Source of the DNA: Candidatus Latescibacterota bacterium
Lineage (GTDB): Bacteria; Latescibacterota; UBA2968
Direction of reading: 5' to 3'
Length of the DNA stretch: 64,000 nt
NCBI GenBank assembly: GCA_965204375.1
Contig: OZ241986.1
Span: 1,120,001 to 1,184,000 of the forward strand
A program made the translations under genes and the position numbers. Numbering within the stretch: position 1 is the first letter of the stretch; each line of letters begins with the position of its first letter. This document shows, one piece after another, positions 19,994-29,683 of this stretch. The notes beneath the pieces were generated by a model. It did no database searches. It was given only the letters and a program-made list of their open reading frames with translations, and had not been told where the DNA came from.

Positions 19994-20998
19994 ATGAGTC
20001 GAGAAATGGGTGTTGGTATTGTCGGGTATGGAAAAGTTGCTACGGGGGCACACAGGAACTGGATTAACAATCGAGCAGATACGCGGTTGGCAGCCGTGTG
20101 CGATATGACCGAGGTGCGACGTCAGGCGGCTGCAAAGGATAATCCCGAGGCGGCGATTTACGAGCATTTTGGCGACTTGCTATCGGATGATGACGTTCAA
20201 CTGGTTGTTGTGACCACACCGCCGAATACGCATTGCGAACTGGCAGTGCAGGCTGCTGAGGCGGGTAAGCATGTGTTTGTGGATAAGCCGTTTGCGATGA
20301 CGCGCGCCGAAGCCGAACAGATGATTGATGCTGCCGAGCAGGCCAGTGTGGTGATTCATTGCCATCAGTCGCGGCGATATGACGGGGAGTATCGGGCGAT
20401 TGTGAAGTGTGTGGAAAGTGGGCGCATCGGGGAGGTACAGCACGTGCGCCGGGTGTGGTCGCAATACGGCGAAGGATGGACTAAGTGGGGGATTGAGGGC
20501 TTTAATCCGACGTGGCGCATTCAGCGCGATTACGGCGGTGGAATGGTGTACGATTACGCACCGCACTGTGGCGATCAGGTGCTCCGGCTCGTCGATCGTT
20601 CGTTAAAAGCCGTGTCGGCAGATGCGCGTGGTATTGTGTTCAGCGATGAGGTAGATGACCATTTTTCATGTTTGATGCGGTTTGAAGGGGGTGCAACAGC
20701 GTATCTGGAGGCGAGCAATATGACGATACTGCCCGCACCTCACTGGTATGTGGTGGGTACAAAAGGGTGTATTACCGCGCAGGGGGTCAATAGCCAAATC
20801 ACTGTGCAGACGGAAGATATGGATGCTGCCGAGACAATGGAGGCGGTCCACGAACGCGATCAGCTCTATGAAAATTTGATCGCCGCGTGCCGGGGGGAGG
20901 CAAAGCCCAATGTGACGCCCGATCAGTTGCGCGCCTCGATGGGTTTGATTGACGCGATTTTTGAATCGGCAAAGACGGGACAGCAGGTGACGATTTAG
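19994..20998 (+). CDS. Gfo/Idh/MocA oxidoreductase
   Basis: GIVGYG, TPPNTH, GKHVFVDKP, GGGMVYDYAPH. Confidence 0.9.
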   Translation: MSREMGVGIVGYGKVATGAHRNWINNRADTRLAAVCDMTEVRRQAAAKDNPEAAIYEHFGDLLSDDDVQLVVVTTPPNTHCELAVQAAEAGKHVFVDKPFAMTRAEAEQMIDAAEQASVVIHCHQSRRYDGEYRAIVKCVESGRIGEVQHVRRVWSQYGEGWTKWGIEGFNPTWRIQRDYGGGMVYDYAPHCGDQVLRLVDRSLKAVSADARGIVFSDEVDDHFSCLMRFEGGATAYLEASNMTILPAPHWYVVGTKGCITAQGVNSQITVQTEDMDAAETMEAVHERDQLYENLIAACRGEAKPNVTPDQLRASMGLIDAIFESAKTGQQVTI

Positions 20999-21720
20999 GT
21001 AGGCTTTGTCCAGTAGGGTTCGAGTCTGTCCTGGGGTTCAAAGCCGAGTATTGTGCGTGCGCGCGCGTTTGGGAAGCGATTGTGCGGCAGGTCTGTGGTG
21101 ACGAAGAAGACTTCAAAGCGCGATGGGAGCGTTTGAAGATCGACTTCTATGGCGCACTTAACGGCTTGTGCGGCATCTCTGGCCGATATGCTGAGGGTGC
21201 TGTCATCGGTGTTATGTGGATCGGCTGTGGGGTTTCGAAAGCGCGAGAAGATGAGCGAGAGGATGTGTAGCGAATGGTGTTCGCTGAAGAGTCGGCAGAT
21301 TTCGAGGCCGAGTCCTTTGCTCATCGCATAGAGTTCCGTGCCGGATTGTGGGGGAATTTTTTCAGTAATGGTATGGTCGTAATCGAGATAGGAAGGGCCG
21401 ACGAGTGAAAAGCGCGGTCCCGTGTTGATAAAGCGTTTCATGCCACAGGCAACTGCGGCGCGGAGTGCGTTGTGCGTTCCCATTGTGTTCACGCCAAAAG
21501 CAATTTTGCGATGGGTGCGCTGAACAGAGCAGTTGATGATGACGTCCATACCCTCCGCAGCGGACATGACTTGAGCAAAATCGGATACATTGACCTGCCG
21601 CATGTCGTGCGGTGTATCGATGGGCATGAGGTCGGTGACGCGAAGCTGGTGGTGGTCTTCGAGTGCTTTGACGACATAAGGACCGAGAAAACCATTGCCA
21701 CCGAGGATAAGGATTTTCAT
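20995..21720 (-). CDS. NAD-dependent epimerase/uronate dehydrogenase-like SDR
   Basis: MKILILGGNGFLG, YAMSK. Confidence 0.8.
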   Translation of the reverse strand: MKILILGGNGFLGPYVVKALEDHHQLRVTDLMPIDTPHDMRQVNVSDFAQVMSAAEGMDVIINCSVQRTHRKIAFGVNTMGTHNALRAAVACGMKRFINTGPRFSLVGPSYLDYDHTITEKIPPQSGTELYAMSKGLGLEICRLFSEHHSLHILSLIFSRFRNPTADPHNTDDSTLSISARDAAQAVKCAIEVDLQTLPSRFEVFFVTTDLPHNRFPNARARTILGFEPQDRLEPYWTKPT

Positions 21721-21724
21721 GGGA

Positions 21725-22531
21725 TTATTGGGTGACGCGCGGGCGATTTGTGCGGTAGGGTGGCTCGAGCAGGGCGCGTTGTGTGGGTGTAAATTCGTCG
21801 AGCGCGTTTTCAACATCTGGTGGCAAATACCGCGCTGAATAGGTCAGGGTGCCAGGCGAATATTTGTAGAGAATGGATCTGCGTTGATGATCGGCTGTCC
21901 AGGGGAGCGTGCCGTGTGCGAGTGCTTCTGTGAAGATGATGGCCGACCCCGCCTTTGCCGGGATTTGCTTTACTACACCCATATCTCGATCTACACGTGC
22001 GACATCGCGGGGTGTTTTGTAATTGGATTTGTGGCTGCCGGGAATGCAGGCAAATCCGCCCTCGCCGGGGTTGCAATCGGTGAGTACCCACGAGACTACG
22101 GTGAGGCCACAGCGCATGCGTCCGTTGTGAAATTGATAGAAGTGCGTGAGGTCGTCGGCCGTGCCTCCGCCGTGTATGACATGGCCTTCGGCCCCTTTTT
22201 CCATGATGATGCCATAGAGGTGGTCGAGACGGCAGTCTTCGCGCAGCAATTCGGCGAGGTAGGGTACGATGTTTGGATGGGCGAGTAAATCGCGGAAGGG
22301 TTGGCACCAGGGTTTGGGCCAGGTGAGCATGCCACCCAGATCGGTGCGCCCGTGTTTGCCCTTGAGTGTTTTGGACTCGCCGGAGAGGGATTGCTCTGGC
22401 GGGCGAATGCGCATCCTGTCGGGGTTGTTGTCAATGGCTTTGTTACACGCGGCAATTTCTTCGGGTGTTAAAGCGTTTTCGACGACGAGGTAGCCGTTGA
22501 GGTCAAAGAAGAATTTTTCGTGTTCGTCCAT
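21725..22531 (-). CDS. Phytanoyl-CoA dioxygenase (PhyH) family protein
   Basis: FFFDLNGYLV, IPGSHK, FTEALAHG, RRSILYKY. Confidence 0.85.
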   Translation of the reverse strand: MDEHEKFFFDLNGYLVVENALTPEEIAACNKAIDNNPDRMRIRPPEQSLSGESKTLKGKHGRTDLGGMLTWPKPWCQPFRDLLAHPNIVPYLAELLREDCRLDHLYGIIMEKGAEGHVIHGGGTADDLTHFYQFHNGRMRCGLTVVSWVLTDCNPGEGGFACIPGSHKSNYKTPRDVARVDRDMGVVKQIPAKAGSAIIFTEALAHGTLPWTADHQRRSILYKYSPGTLTYSARYLPPDVENALDEFTPTQRALLEPPYRTNRPRVTQ

Positions 22532-22567
22532 GTTCGGGAGTCCTATTTGGTTTGGTGAGAAGGTCTC

Positions 22568-22774
22568 TTAATCGTCATCACCCTCATCCCGTCTCATCCG
22601 ATAGCGACCAATCCGCCGTATCAAAATCCACACGAGTCCAATGAGTGCGATATATTGCACCATATCCCAGATCCAGCCCTGCCAGCCCAGGATGCCCGGC
22701 CAGAGTGCCCCGATGCACAGGATGATAAATGCGTCTTCCAGAATTAGCCACAGCGGTCGCTCATTCATTTCCAT
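22568..22774 (-). CDS. Small two-TM membrane protein
   Basis: Two hydrophobic segments; overlaps the upstream stop. Confidence 0.6.
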   Translation of the reverse strand: MEMNERPLWLILEDAFIILCIGALWPGILGWQGWIWDMVQYIALIGLVWILIRRIGRYRMRRDEGDDD

Positions 22775-24938
22775 ATCCCAATGATATTTCTACCTCTGAC
22801 TGCGCATTATTGAGGTAAGAATAAACGCGATAATTTCGATATACGAGTTTCACATAATTGCGGGTTTCTTTATAGGGAATGCGCTCTATAAATTCATCGA
22901 CATCGCGTTTTGTCAGGGTGTTTGCCCACCGTTTTGCAGCATCCAGACCCGCGTTGTAAGCCGATAGTGCCAAACTAAGTTGCCTGTGTTTATCTTTTCG
23001 AAATGCCCTCATGTGGTCGGAGAGATGTTTTCCGCCCAATAAAATTGACGTTTGGGGATCGTGGAGGTCTTCGGTTGAAAAATTTTTGAGCTTGACAAGT
23101 CGGGCCATGTCCCGTCCCGTTTGTGGCATTACTTGCATCAGTCCACGTGCGCCAGCGCGAGATACAGCGGTTGTATTAAACGCGCTTTCCTGTCGCATGA
23201 TGGCGATCATGAGATTGGGATCCAGATTCATTTTTCGCGCTATCTGGTTGATCTCGCCCCAATAATACGTTGGATACAATCGACGGAATGAGGCCCGCGT
23301 CATGGATATCCCCTGTGCGCGTTCCAGCATTACAATCTGTGCGGAAATTTGAAGTGCCTTGTGCATGGCGCGAACGCGCTCATAGCGCGGCTTCAAATCA
23401 TCCAGCGCGAATAAATTGCGCCCGAGAATCCGCCGAGCGCGGTCGTATTCTCGCTCGGCATCTCGATATAACCCGATAGACGCCAATATATCTCCTTTTG
23501 GGATATACTTCGAAGGCGTATAGGATTGACCAACTGACAAGTGTTCGCCCGGTTGGGGCACTTCAATATAGGCATTTTCTGTTTTGCCCAGGACCGCATG
23601 GGCGCGTGTTGAGTAATAAGAGGTGGGAAACCCTTCTGAGGCGCGTTCAATCCAGAATCGCGCTTCTGCTTTTTGTCCCAATTTTTGATAACTTTTGCCC
23701 GCCCAGTAATACCCCTGATCGCGTAGATGACTCGCAGTGGTCTGGCGCGATAGGCGCAAAAAGGCTTTGGACGCAGCCGTGTATTGCCGCGTTTGATAAA
23801 GCGCGAATCCCGCACGCCACGCCGCCTGGTCGGCATAAGTGCTTTTGGGATAGGCTTTTGCCAGTGCTATAAATAGTTTGCGCGCATCGCTGTGACGTCC
23901 CCGCCGCTCATAGGCCATGGCCGCTTGCCAGAGTGCTTCGGGTGCGGTCCTTGCATTGGGATAGCGGCGCACAAATTCTCGAAACCGCGTTGTTCCCGTC
24001 AAATCGTGCCCGCGCTTGATGGCACATCGGCCCAGATAAAAAAGTGCTTCGGGCACATGATACACTTTGAAGGCGCGGTCAAACGCGCTTTCGGCTTTGA
24101 GATATTTTCGACTGCGATAATATACATGGCCCAGTTCATATTGCGCTTTCCCCCGCCATGTGACATCTTGGGATTCATCGATCACGCGGCGCAATAAAAC
24201 GATAGCCTGTTGATATTTTCCGGCGTGCATACAGGCCACACCCGCGTAAAACAATTCTTCAGCACCGCGCATATCACTGAGCGTGGGGAGCATTTTGTAA
24301 GCGGCCGGATGTTTGGGATAGTTTTTGATCAATTTCAAGCGCATCTCGCGCGCAGCAACAGAATCGCCTAGAGCCGTCCTTGCCTCGACCATTCCGGCAA
24401 GTGCATCGCCTTCGCGCGGATGCTTGCCAATAAGTGTTTGATAATATGCGATAGCACCTTCTGCATTGCCCTGGGCAAGCGCGGCCCTCGCGGCATTGAG
24501 TGTCGCCTGATCTCCGAGCAAACTCACTGGTTTCATGTGCAGGATTTTTGCATAATGATTTTCAGCGTCTTTAGCTTGTCCCAAAGCCTCGGCGCATTGT
24601 CCCATCCAAAAAGCCACATAATCGGCAATTTCTGGGCGCGTGGTGCCTGGAGACTGAAAAATTGTCAGTGCGTCTGAGTATTTGCCCTGGTGCATTAGAC
24701 AAATTGCGCGTTGTAACGCGGCGGTGTGCGTATCCCAGGCATCGCGCTGGGTAGTATCCATATTGTCGAGTGCAGATAATGCTTCGGTGAATTTTTGCTG
24801 TGCAATTAGTTCTGCAACCCGAAAAATGGGATCGCGTTGTTCTCCCATCCCCAAATAGCCAACTATTACAAATACGGCGATAAAGGGGAAGGCGAATAAC
24901 GCGATACGACTCACTAATTCGTTTTTGAAAAATGGCAT
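22761..24938 (-). CDS. TPR-repeat soluble lytic murein transglycosylase (Slt-like)
   Basis: IMRQESAF, GARGLMQVMP, AYNAG, ETRNYV; TPR repeats; N-terminal TM anchor. Confidence 0.9.
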   Translation of the reverse strand: MPFFKNELVSRIALFAFPFIAVFVIVGYLGMGEQRDPIFRVAELIAQQKFTEALSALDNMDTTQRDAWDTHTAALQRAICLMHQGKYSDALTIFQSPGTTRPEIADYVAFWMGQCAEALGQAKDAENHYAKILHMKPVSLLGDQATLNAARAALAQGNAEGAIAYYQTLIGKHPREGDALAGMVEARTALGDSVAAREMRLKLIKNYPKHPAAYKMLPTLSDMRGAEELFYAGVACMHAGKYQQAIVLLRRVIDESQDVTWRGKAQYELGHVYYRSRKYLKAESAFDRAFKVYHVPEALFYLGRCAIKRGHDLTGTTRFREFVRRYPNARTAPEALWQAAMAYERRGRHSDARKLFIALAKAYPKSTYADQAAWRAGFALYQTRQYTAASKAFLRLSRQTTASHLRDQGYYWAGKSYQKLGQKAEARFWIERASEGFPTSYYSTRAHAVLGKTENAYIEVPQPGEHLSVGQSYTPSKYIPKGDILASIGLYRDAEREYDRARRILGRNLFALDDLKPRYERVRAMHKALQISAQIVMLERAQGISMTRASFRRLYPTYYWGEINQIARKMNLDPNLMIAIMRQESAFNTTAVSRAGARGLMQVMPQTGRDMARLVKLKNFSTEDLHDPQTSILLGGKHLSDHMRAFRKDKHRQLSLALSAYNAGLDAAKRWANTLTKRDVDEFIERIPYKETRNYVKLVYRNYRVYSYLNNAQSEVEISLGYGNE

Positions 24939-24971
24939 TGTGAAAGCCTTTGCGATGAGGTTCTTAAAAAA

Positions 24972-25000
24972 ATTGTAGTCCATAATGCACGCAATGTCAA
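24972..25000 (-). promoter_or_regulatory. sigma70-type promoter for the Slt gene
   Basis: TTGACA-N17-TACAAT on the minus strand. Confidence 0.65.
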
Positions 25001-25011
25001 GATACAAAAGC

Positions 25012-25160
25012 ATCCGCAGATGACGCAGAAAAAAACGCGAGTAATTTGAGCGTTTTTCGCAGATAAAAACAAAGTGACAGGCGGGGTGGGGTTGGGCGGG
25101 CTGACTTCTGATAGCTGATTGCTTGGACTGGGCTGAGGGGACTGGCTACTGACAACTGAT
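25012..25160. repeat. CGCAGAT and CTGA-type periodic repeat remnants
   Basis: atccgcagatgacgcaga is identical to 53929-53946; gactgg..ctgac..ctgat resembles 38350-38393. Confidence 0.6.
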
Positions 25161-25177
25161 TTTAAATAGGAGTTTTT

Positions 25178-26551
25178 ATGAAAGCACTGATTCTCGCGGC
25201 AGGAAAAGGCGAGCGGTTTTTTCCATTTAATGTCTTTCGCCCCAAGCCGATGTTTCCAATATGCAATCGCCCGCTTTTGGAGTGGACGGTTTCGCGTCTG
25301 GTCGATGCGGGTATTACGGATGTTGGCATTGTGGTGGGGCATCGAGGCGGTCGAGCGCGCAATTATTTTGGCAGTGGACAGCGATTTGGCTGTCAAATGA
25401 CTTATATTGAGCAACCGCAGCCAAAAGGCACGGCGCATGCGGTGGGACTGGCGTCTGATTTTATTGGTGCTGATGATGTTCTGGTTATTTTCGGAGATGT
25501 TTTTTTTGGTGCGAATGCAATCCCACATCTGTTAGATGTGTTTAGAGATAGAAACTGTTCTGGAGTCGCTGGTATTGTGCAGGTTGACGATCTCACATCT
25601 CATATACGCGCACATGTCGAAAAGGACCAGAGCTTGTCTTCTTACACCTATAAACCCCGCGGTGGATCGGGACAGGCACTGTCTGGTCTCTATGTTTTCA
25701 AAAATGAACTTTTGTCCGATCTGGACAATACTTCCGATTTTGTGCCGCGAACCCAATATGGTATCTTTCCGCCTGAAGGGAAGGAAATTTGCGATGTTAT
25801 CCCATTGCTTTACGGCGAAGGACGTGCGCTTGTTGCGGTCGATTTGCCCGGACCGTGGTTCGATATGGATCTGCCCTGGCATCCGAAAAATGTCTCGCTT
25901 ATGGCACTTGCAGAAATGGCTGATGCACTCACAGAGTCCGTTGTTGCGCCAACGGCTACGGTCGATCCCGACGCCCGCATTCGCGGTCCCGTCTTTGTCG
26001 ATGAAAATGCCACGATTGCCCGAGATGCCTATATTGAAGGTCCGGTCTGGATCGGGAAAGATACGGAGATATTGGAAGGATCTCATATCGCATCCCGTAC
26101 TGTGATCGGCGATCGCTGCAAAATTGGTCCTTTTGCCAAGGTATCGGGTACGGTAGATACCAACTGCCACATTACCTATTTGGGTGAGTTTGGCGGTATT
26201 ATGCTCGAAGAAGGTCGCGTGACCCATCAGATTCAGCTTTCGGGTATTTTTGGCGAGCGTGCAGAAATAGGTGCGGGTACACAGGTGGGCACGCTGCGCT
26301 TTGACGATGCGGAGATTGAGGTCGAAGTTCAGGGTATTCGCCGAAAAGCACCCGGTTTTACCGGCGTGTTGTTTGGGGATTACTCGCGTACGGGTATTGG
26401 CGCGATGATTATGCCCGGCCGCATTGTGGGGCCATGTGCGATGGTGGGCGCGGGCGTGGTGCTGATGAAAAACGCGCCGCCGTACAAAGCCGTGCTCGTC
26501 AAGCAGGAACTCGATGTCGTTGACTGGTCGCCCGAGATATATGACCGATAA
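25178..26551 (+). CDS. Bifunctional sugar-1-phosphate nucleotidyltransferase / hexapeptide acyltransferase (GlmU-like)
   Basis: LAAGKGER, PKPMFPI, QPQPKGTAHA; C-terminal left-handed beta-helix repeats. Confidence 0.85.
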   Translation: MKALILAAGKGERFFPFNVFRPKPMFPICNRPLLEWTVSRLVDAGITDVGIVVGHRGGRARNYFGSGQRFGCQMTYIEQPQPKGTAHAVGLASDFIGADDVLVIFGDVFFGANAIPHLLDVFRDRNCSGVAGIVQVDDLTSHIRAHVEKDQSLSSYTYKPRGGSGQALSGLYVFKNELLSDLDNTSDFVPRTQYGIFPPEGKEICDVIPLLYGEGRALVAVDLPGPWFDMDLPWHPKNVSLMALAEMADALTESVVAPTATVDPDARIRGPVFVDENATIARDAYIEGPVWIGKDTEILEGSHIASRTVIGDRCKIGPFAKVSGTVDTNCHITYLGEFGGIMLEEGRVTHQIQLSGIFGERAEIGAGTQVGTLRFDDAEIEVEVQGIRRKAPGFTGVLFGDYSRTGIGAMIMPGRIVGPCAMVGAGVVLMKNAPPYKAVLVKQELDVVDWSPEIYDR

Positions 26552-26563
26552 CTGCTGTTACCG

Positions 26564-26592
26564 TTGACAGGCGATGCAAACATTTGTATTGT
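26564..26592 (+). promoter_or_regulatory. sigma70-type promoter
   Basis: TTGACA-N17-TATTGT, followed by the palindrome ctgactt-ggtgt-aagtcag. Confidence 0.5.
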
Positions 26593-26653
26593 AAAGCATG
26601 TGCTGACTTGGTGTAAGTCAGTGGCGTGACATTACTTTTTGGAGAATCTTACA

Positions 26654-27043
26654 ATGGATAAACCTCTGTTCCATAATCCTGTATCTCCTTATGTGAAAGG
26701 TACTTCTACAATTTTTGGAAGGTGTGTCAGAGTGGGTGGGGCCGAACCCAAAGTCGACGTCAGATTGCCAAACCGATCAAGACTTTTGCAGGTGGAAGTG
26801 ACCGAGGAGATGGCGAGAAGCCTTGCGAGAAATTTGTATGACAATGTTGCAATGACAGGTGAAGCAACCTGGGAACGAGATACCTGGTTTATTGTCAATT
26901 TTAGAGCGACGTCTGTAGTGAACATCCAGAGCGGGTCACCACTGCAAGCATTTAAGGAACTCGGCGAGGTGGTTGGAGAAAAATGGAAAGGCATAGACGT
27001 TGAGCGATTTGTGGAAGAAATGAGGTCGGGAGAGCGAGAATAG
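26654..27043 (+). CDS. Hypothetical protein (possible antitoxin partner of the adjacent PIN remnant)
   Basis: GGAG RBS; stop overlaps the GTG of the PIN-like fragment. Confidence 0.55.
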   Translation: MDKPLFHNPVSPYVKGTSTIFGRCVRVGGAEPKVDVRLPNRSRLLQVEVTEEMARSLARNLYDNVAMTGEATWERDTWFIVNFRATSVVNIQSGSPLQAFKELGEVVGEKWKGIDVERFVEEMRSGERE

Positions 27044-27162
27044 TGATCTGTTTCGACACACAGCCCGTGCTTTGGGGATTCAGGCATCGTGCAGAACTGG
27101 ATCCAATACCGGCGTTACTGCCCAAATACATAGGCGGTCGAATGTACAACAGATGCACCTAA
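27043..27162 (+). pseudogene. Truncated/frameshifted PIN toxin remnant
   Basis: GTG-ICFDTQPVLWG PIN-type N-terminus; the frame after the G4 run continues GIQASCRTG; ends after 39 codons. Confidence 0.45.
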
Positions 27163-27202
27163 ATTTTATTTCGCACAACCAGTTATGCAATTTAGTTCAT
27201 TG

Positions 27203-27237
27203 TAAAAAGCCACGTCCTTTGGGCGTGGCTTTTTACC
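27203..27237. terminator. Bidirectional intrinsic terminator-like hairpin
   Basis: gtaaaaagccacgtcc-ttt-gggcgtggctttttac. Confidence 0.7.
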
Positions 27238-27266
27238 CCAGTTTTTTCAAGAGAGGAGTGTGTCAA

Positions 27267-27602
27267 ATGTGGTTTGTTTTTTCTTTATTCGTGCCACTTT
27301 TCTGTGCTTGGACAGGAGGGAGTACTTATTCCTTTGAACTTTTCCTAACTCTCACAGGCGCATTGTTATACGTGCCAATCGCATTTGTTGCCGATAGAAT
27401 AGAAAAAATAAAAATAGCAAAGTTAAAGGCGGCAGCAGAAGGTCAAATACTATTTCAGTTCGACCCGGATGAAATAGAGCCAGGAACTTTCGTGCCACGA
27501 CCACTTGCTGTTATCGGACAAATTGGATTAGGATGGATGCTTTCCGGAATTATTACAATCATTCTGATTTGGGTTGGATTTATAGAGAGGATGACGTCAT
27601 GA
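27267..27602 (+). CDS. Small membrane protein
   Basis: GAGGAG RBS; three hydrophobic segments. Confidence 0.6.
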   Translation: MWFVFSLFVPLFCAWTGGSTYSFELFLTLTGALLYVPIAFVADRIEKIKIAKLKAAAEGQILFQFDPDEIEPGTFVPRPLAVIGQIGLGWMLSGIITIILIWVGFIERMTS

Positions 27603-27663
27603 CCGTCGGAATATCGACCCTACACAGAAATGGCGTTTGTGAGTATAATATTCACAACGGAGG

Positions 27664-28800
27664 ATGAAAATGGCAATGTCAAAGTTTGTAAATAAGTACA
27701 AATGCTGGTTCTTAGCAAGCGTTTTTTTATACACTGTTGGCTGTGCGACAACGCGTTATCAACCGCCGAGTGCTGATGAGATCGCATTAAAAGCGGAGCG
27801 TGTCCGACAAGAGGAAATAAAGAACAGGGCAAAAAAAGAACGATACCGAGAATGGCTGAGGGATACCAAAACTCGTCACGCCCGTTTAATTGACTTGGCG
27901 TATCCGATTAGACGGGCGGGTGTGCAGTTGAGTGAGGATGAACAAGTGACAATCGATTTTGGTTTTTACTCGGTTGGATTTGAGTCTTTGGAAATATATG
28001 ATGAACCCTACAAACGGGAAGTGGTACTTGAAGAAGACAACATAAAGAACACGAATGGATATTCTAAGTCCGTTTGGCATGTTGCATCGGGGTCGCCAGC
28101 AGAAAGAGCCGGTATGCGAGCCGGAGATCGTATTGTTGCCGTCCACAACGAATCCTTTGTGTCCTCAAAAGATTTTTGGAGTAAAGTGCAGCCAGATGAT
28201 GAAGGGAAGCTAAGTTTTGTTATCAAGCGCGATGCGGATAATACCTATTTGACTGTGAAATTTGCCCCTGAGCGTCTTTCAAAATACGAGATTGAATACT
28301 CAGACCTTGACCACTTCAACGCTTATGCCGACGGGGAAAAGATGTACATCATGAAGGGACTGATGGATTTCGTCGAATCAGACAGAGAGTTGCAGTACAT
28401 CATTGCCCACGAATTGGCGCACAATATAGAAAGACACGTTGACAAAATGTTGACCAACGCAGCATTAGGGGGATTATTCGGCTTGGCTCTTGATGCTCTT
28501 ATAGCTGGTAAGGCTGGCATCAAAGCTGGCGGGTTGAGGAATGCAGGTGCAAAAATAGGTGTAGAAGCATACAGCAAGAACTTTGAACGAGAGGCAGATT
28601 ATTTAGCCTTGTACCTATTGGCAAATGCAGGGATACCGATCGATGGTATCGCAGACTTCTGGCGAAAAATGAGTGTCTTCGGTTTGGGATACAACAAAAC
28701 ACATCCGAGTAACCCGGAACGATTCATCAACCTCGAGGCGATTGAAAAAGAGATTCGACAGAAAAAAACATTCGGTTGGGTATTAGTGCCCAATCAGTAA
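27664..28800 (+). CDS. M48-family Zn metallopeptidase with PDZ domain, probable lipoprotein
   Basis: Lipobox-like TVGC; PDZ GSPAERAGMRAGD; NAYA, HELAH, EREADY, THPSNPER. Confidence 0.88.
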   Translation: MKMAMSKFVNKYKCWFLASVFLYTVGCATTRYQPPSADEIALKAERVRQEEIKNRAKKERYREWLRDTKTRHARLIDLAYPIRRAGVQLSEDEQVTIDFGFYSVGFESLEIYDEPYKREVVLEEDNIKNTNGYSKSVWHVASGSPAERAGMRAGDRIVAVHNESFVSSKDFWSKVQPDDEGKLSFVIKRDADNTYLTVKFAPERLSKYEIEYSDLDHFNAYADGEKMYIMKGLMDFVESDRELQYIIAHELAHNIERHVDKMLTNAALGGLFGLALDALIAGKAGIKAGGLRNAGAKIGVEAYSKNFEREADYLALYLLANAGIPIDGIADFWRKMSVFGLGYNKTHPSNPERFINLEAIEKEIRQKKTFGWVLVPNQ

Positions 28801-28810
28801 GGAGGAAATC

Positions 28811-29437
28811 ATGATACGCATGATATGGATAACACTGTGCCTATGTCTTGTCGCGCCCTCTTATGGCGAAGGAGATAATGAATACTTTAAGAAAGGTATT
28901 CTGGCGTATGAACAGGGAGATTATCAAACAGCCTTTCAGGTGTTTTCATCACTCGCCAAGCAAGGATATATTGCGCCTCTAATAAGACTCGGAGACATGT
29001 GTTTTTACGGTAAAGGGTTCGAGAGAGACTATGCGTTAGCCGCACAGTTCTATCGCACAGCAGCCGAACAAGGCGATGGTTTTGCTCAGTACGACCTTGC
29101 CAAAATGTATGCCAAAGGCTTAGGTGTAGAACAAAATTATATGGAAGCACTGAAATGGTACGGCAAATCAGCCGAGCAAGGCAATGTGAAGGCAATGTTC
29201 AGAATGGCTTTCATATATTGCGAATTTGAAGAAAAAGGGCTTCACCAGAATCAAGAGAATCCAATCTTAGCTCATATGTGGTTTTGTTTAGCTTCTGCAC
29301 ACGATGAGGAAGACATAGTGCTCATGAAAGACGGAGAATCTATAGTCGTTTTCCATGCAAGTTTTCTGAATAACAAACAGATCGCCGAAGCACAACGGCG
29401 CGCACTTGAATGGATGGAAAAAAGAAGCAAAAATTAG
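28811..29437 (+). CDS. Secreted Sel1-repeat protein
   Basis: Signal peptide; AAEQG..AQYDLAKMYAKGLGV repeats; AHMWF. Confidence 0.88.
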   Translation: MIRMIWITLCLCLVAPSYGEGDNEYFKKGILAYEQGDYQTAFQVFSSLAKQGYIAPLIRLGDMCFYGKGFERDYALAAQFYRTAAEQGDGFAQYDLAKMYAKGLGVEQNYMEALKWYGKSAEQGNVKAMFRMAFIYCEFEEKGLHQNQENPILAHMWFCLASAHDEEDIVLMKDGESIVVFHASFLNNKQIAEAQRRALEWMEKRSKN

Positions 29438-29592
29438 TCCCAACGCAATACGGTCTCGTTTTCTTGCAGAATATGCCACTTCGCAGATGGTGCTTGACCA
29501 AGAATAGGCTCTTTCTGTGTTGCCTTATCAGTGTCTTTCTTCTCCTGCCCCTGATGCTTGACAGACTGCTCTTGCTTAGGTAGATTATTCAT
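29434..29592 (-). CDS. 52-aa small ORF (MNNLPKQEQSVK...ETVLRWD), not in the ORF track
   Basis: Translated by hand; RBS TAGGAG 7 nt upstream of ATG; directly downstream of the IS1595 transposase. Confidence 0.45.
   Translation of the reverse strand: MNNLPKQEQSVKHQGQEKKDTDKATQKEPILGQAPSAKWHILQENETVLRWD
29558..29586 (+). promoter_or_regulatory. sigma70-type promoter antisense to the small ORF
   Basis: TTGACA-N17-TAGATT. Confidence 0.6.
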
Positions 29593-29664
29593 GTTCAATC
29601 TCCTATAGGATTTGGCGATTATGGTTTTGAAAGGTCACGTTTGGCGCGTGGCCTTTCGCTTATT
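29592..29664 (+). ncRNA. Putative ~70-nt cis-antisense RNA
   Basis: Lies between the promoter above and the hairpin gaaaggtcacg-N7-cgtggcctttc (29629-29657); complementary to the RBS of 29434-29592. Confidence 0.4.
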
Positions 29665-29683
29665 GTGGGTAAATCTACAAGAT

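Noticed and set aside
25178-26551. glmU assignment
   Set aside because: Architecture is GlmU-like but closer to generic/archaeal-type nucleotidyltransferases; the substrate cannot be determined from sequence
27130-27155. Second terminal inverted repeat of the IS1595 element
   Set aside because: ggcggtcgaatgtacaac matches the other candidate end only weakly, and no target-site duplication is visible
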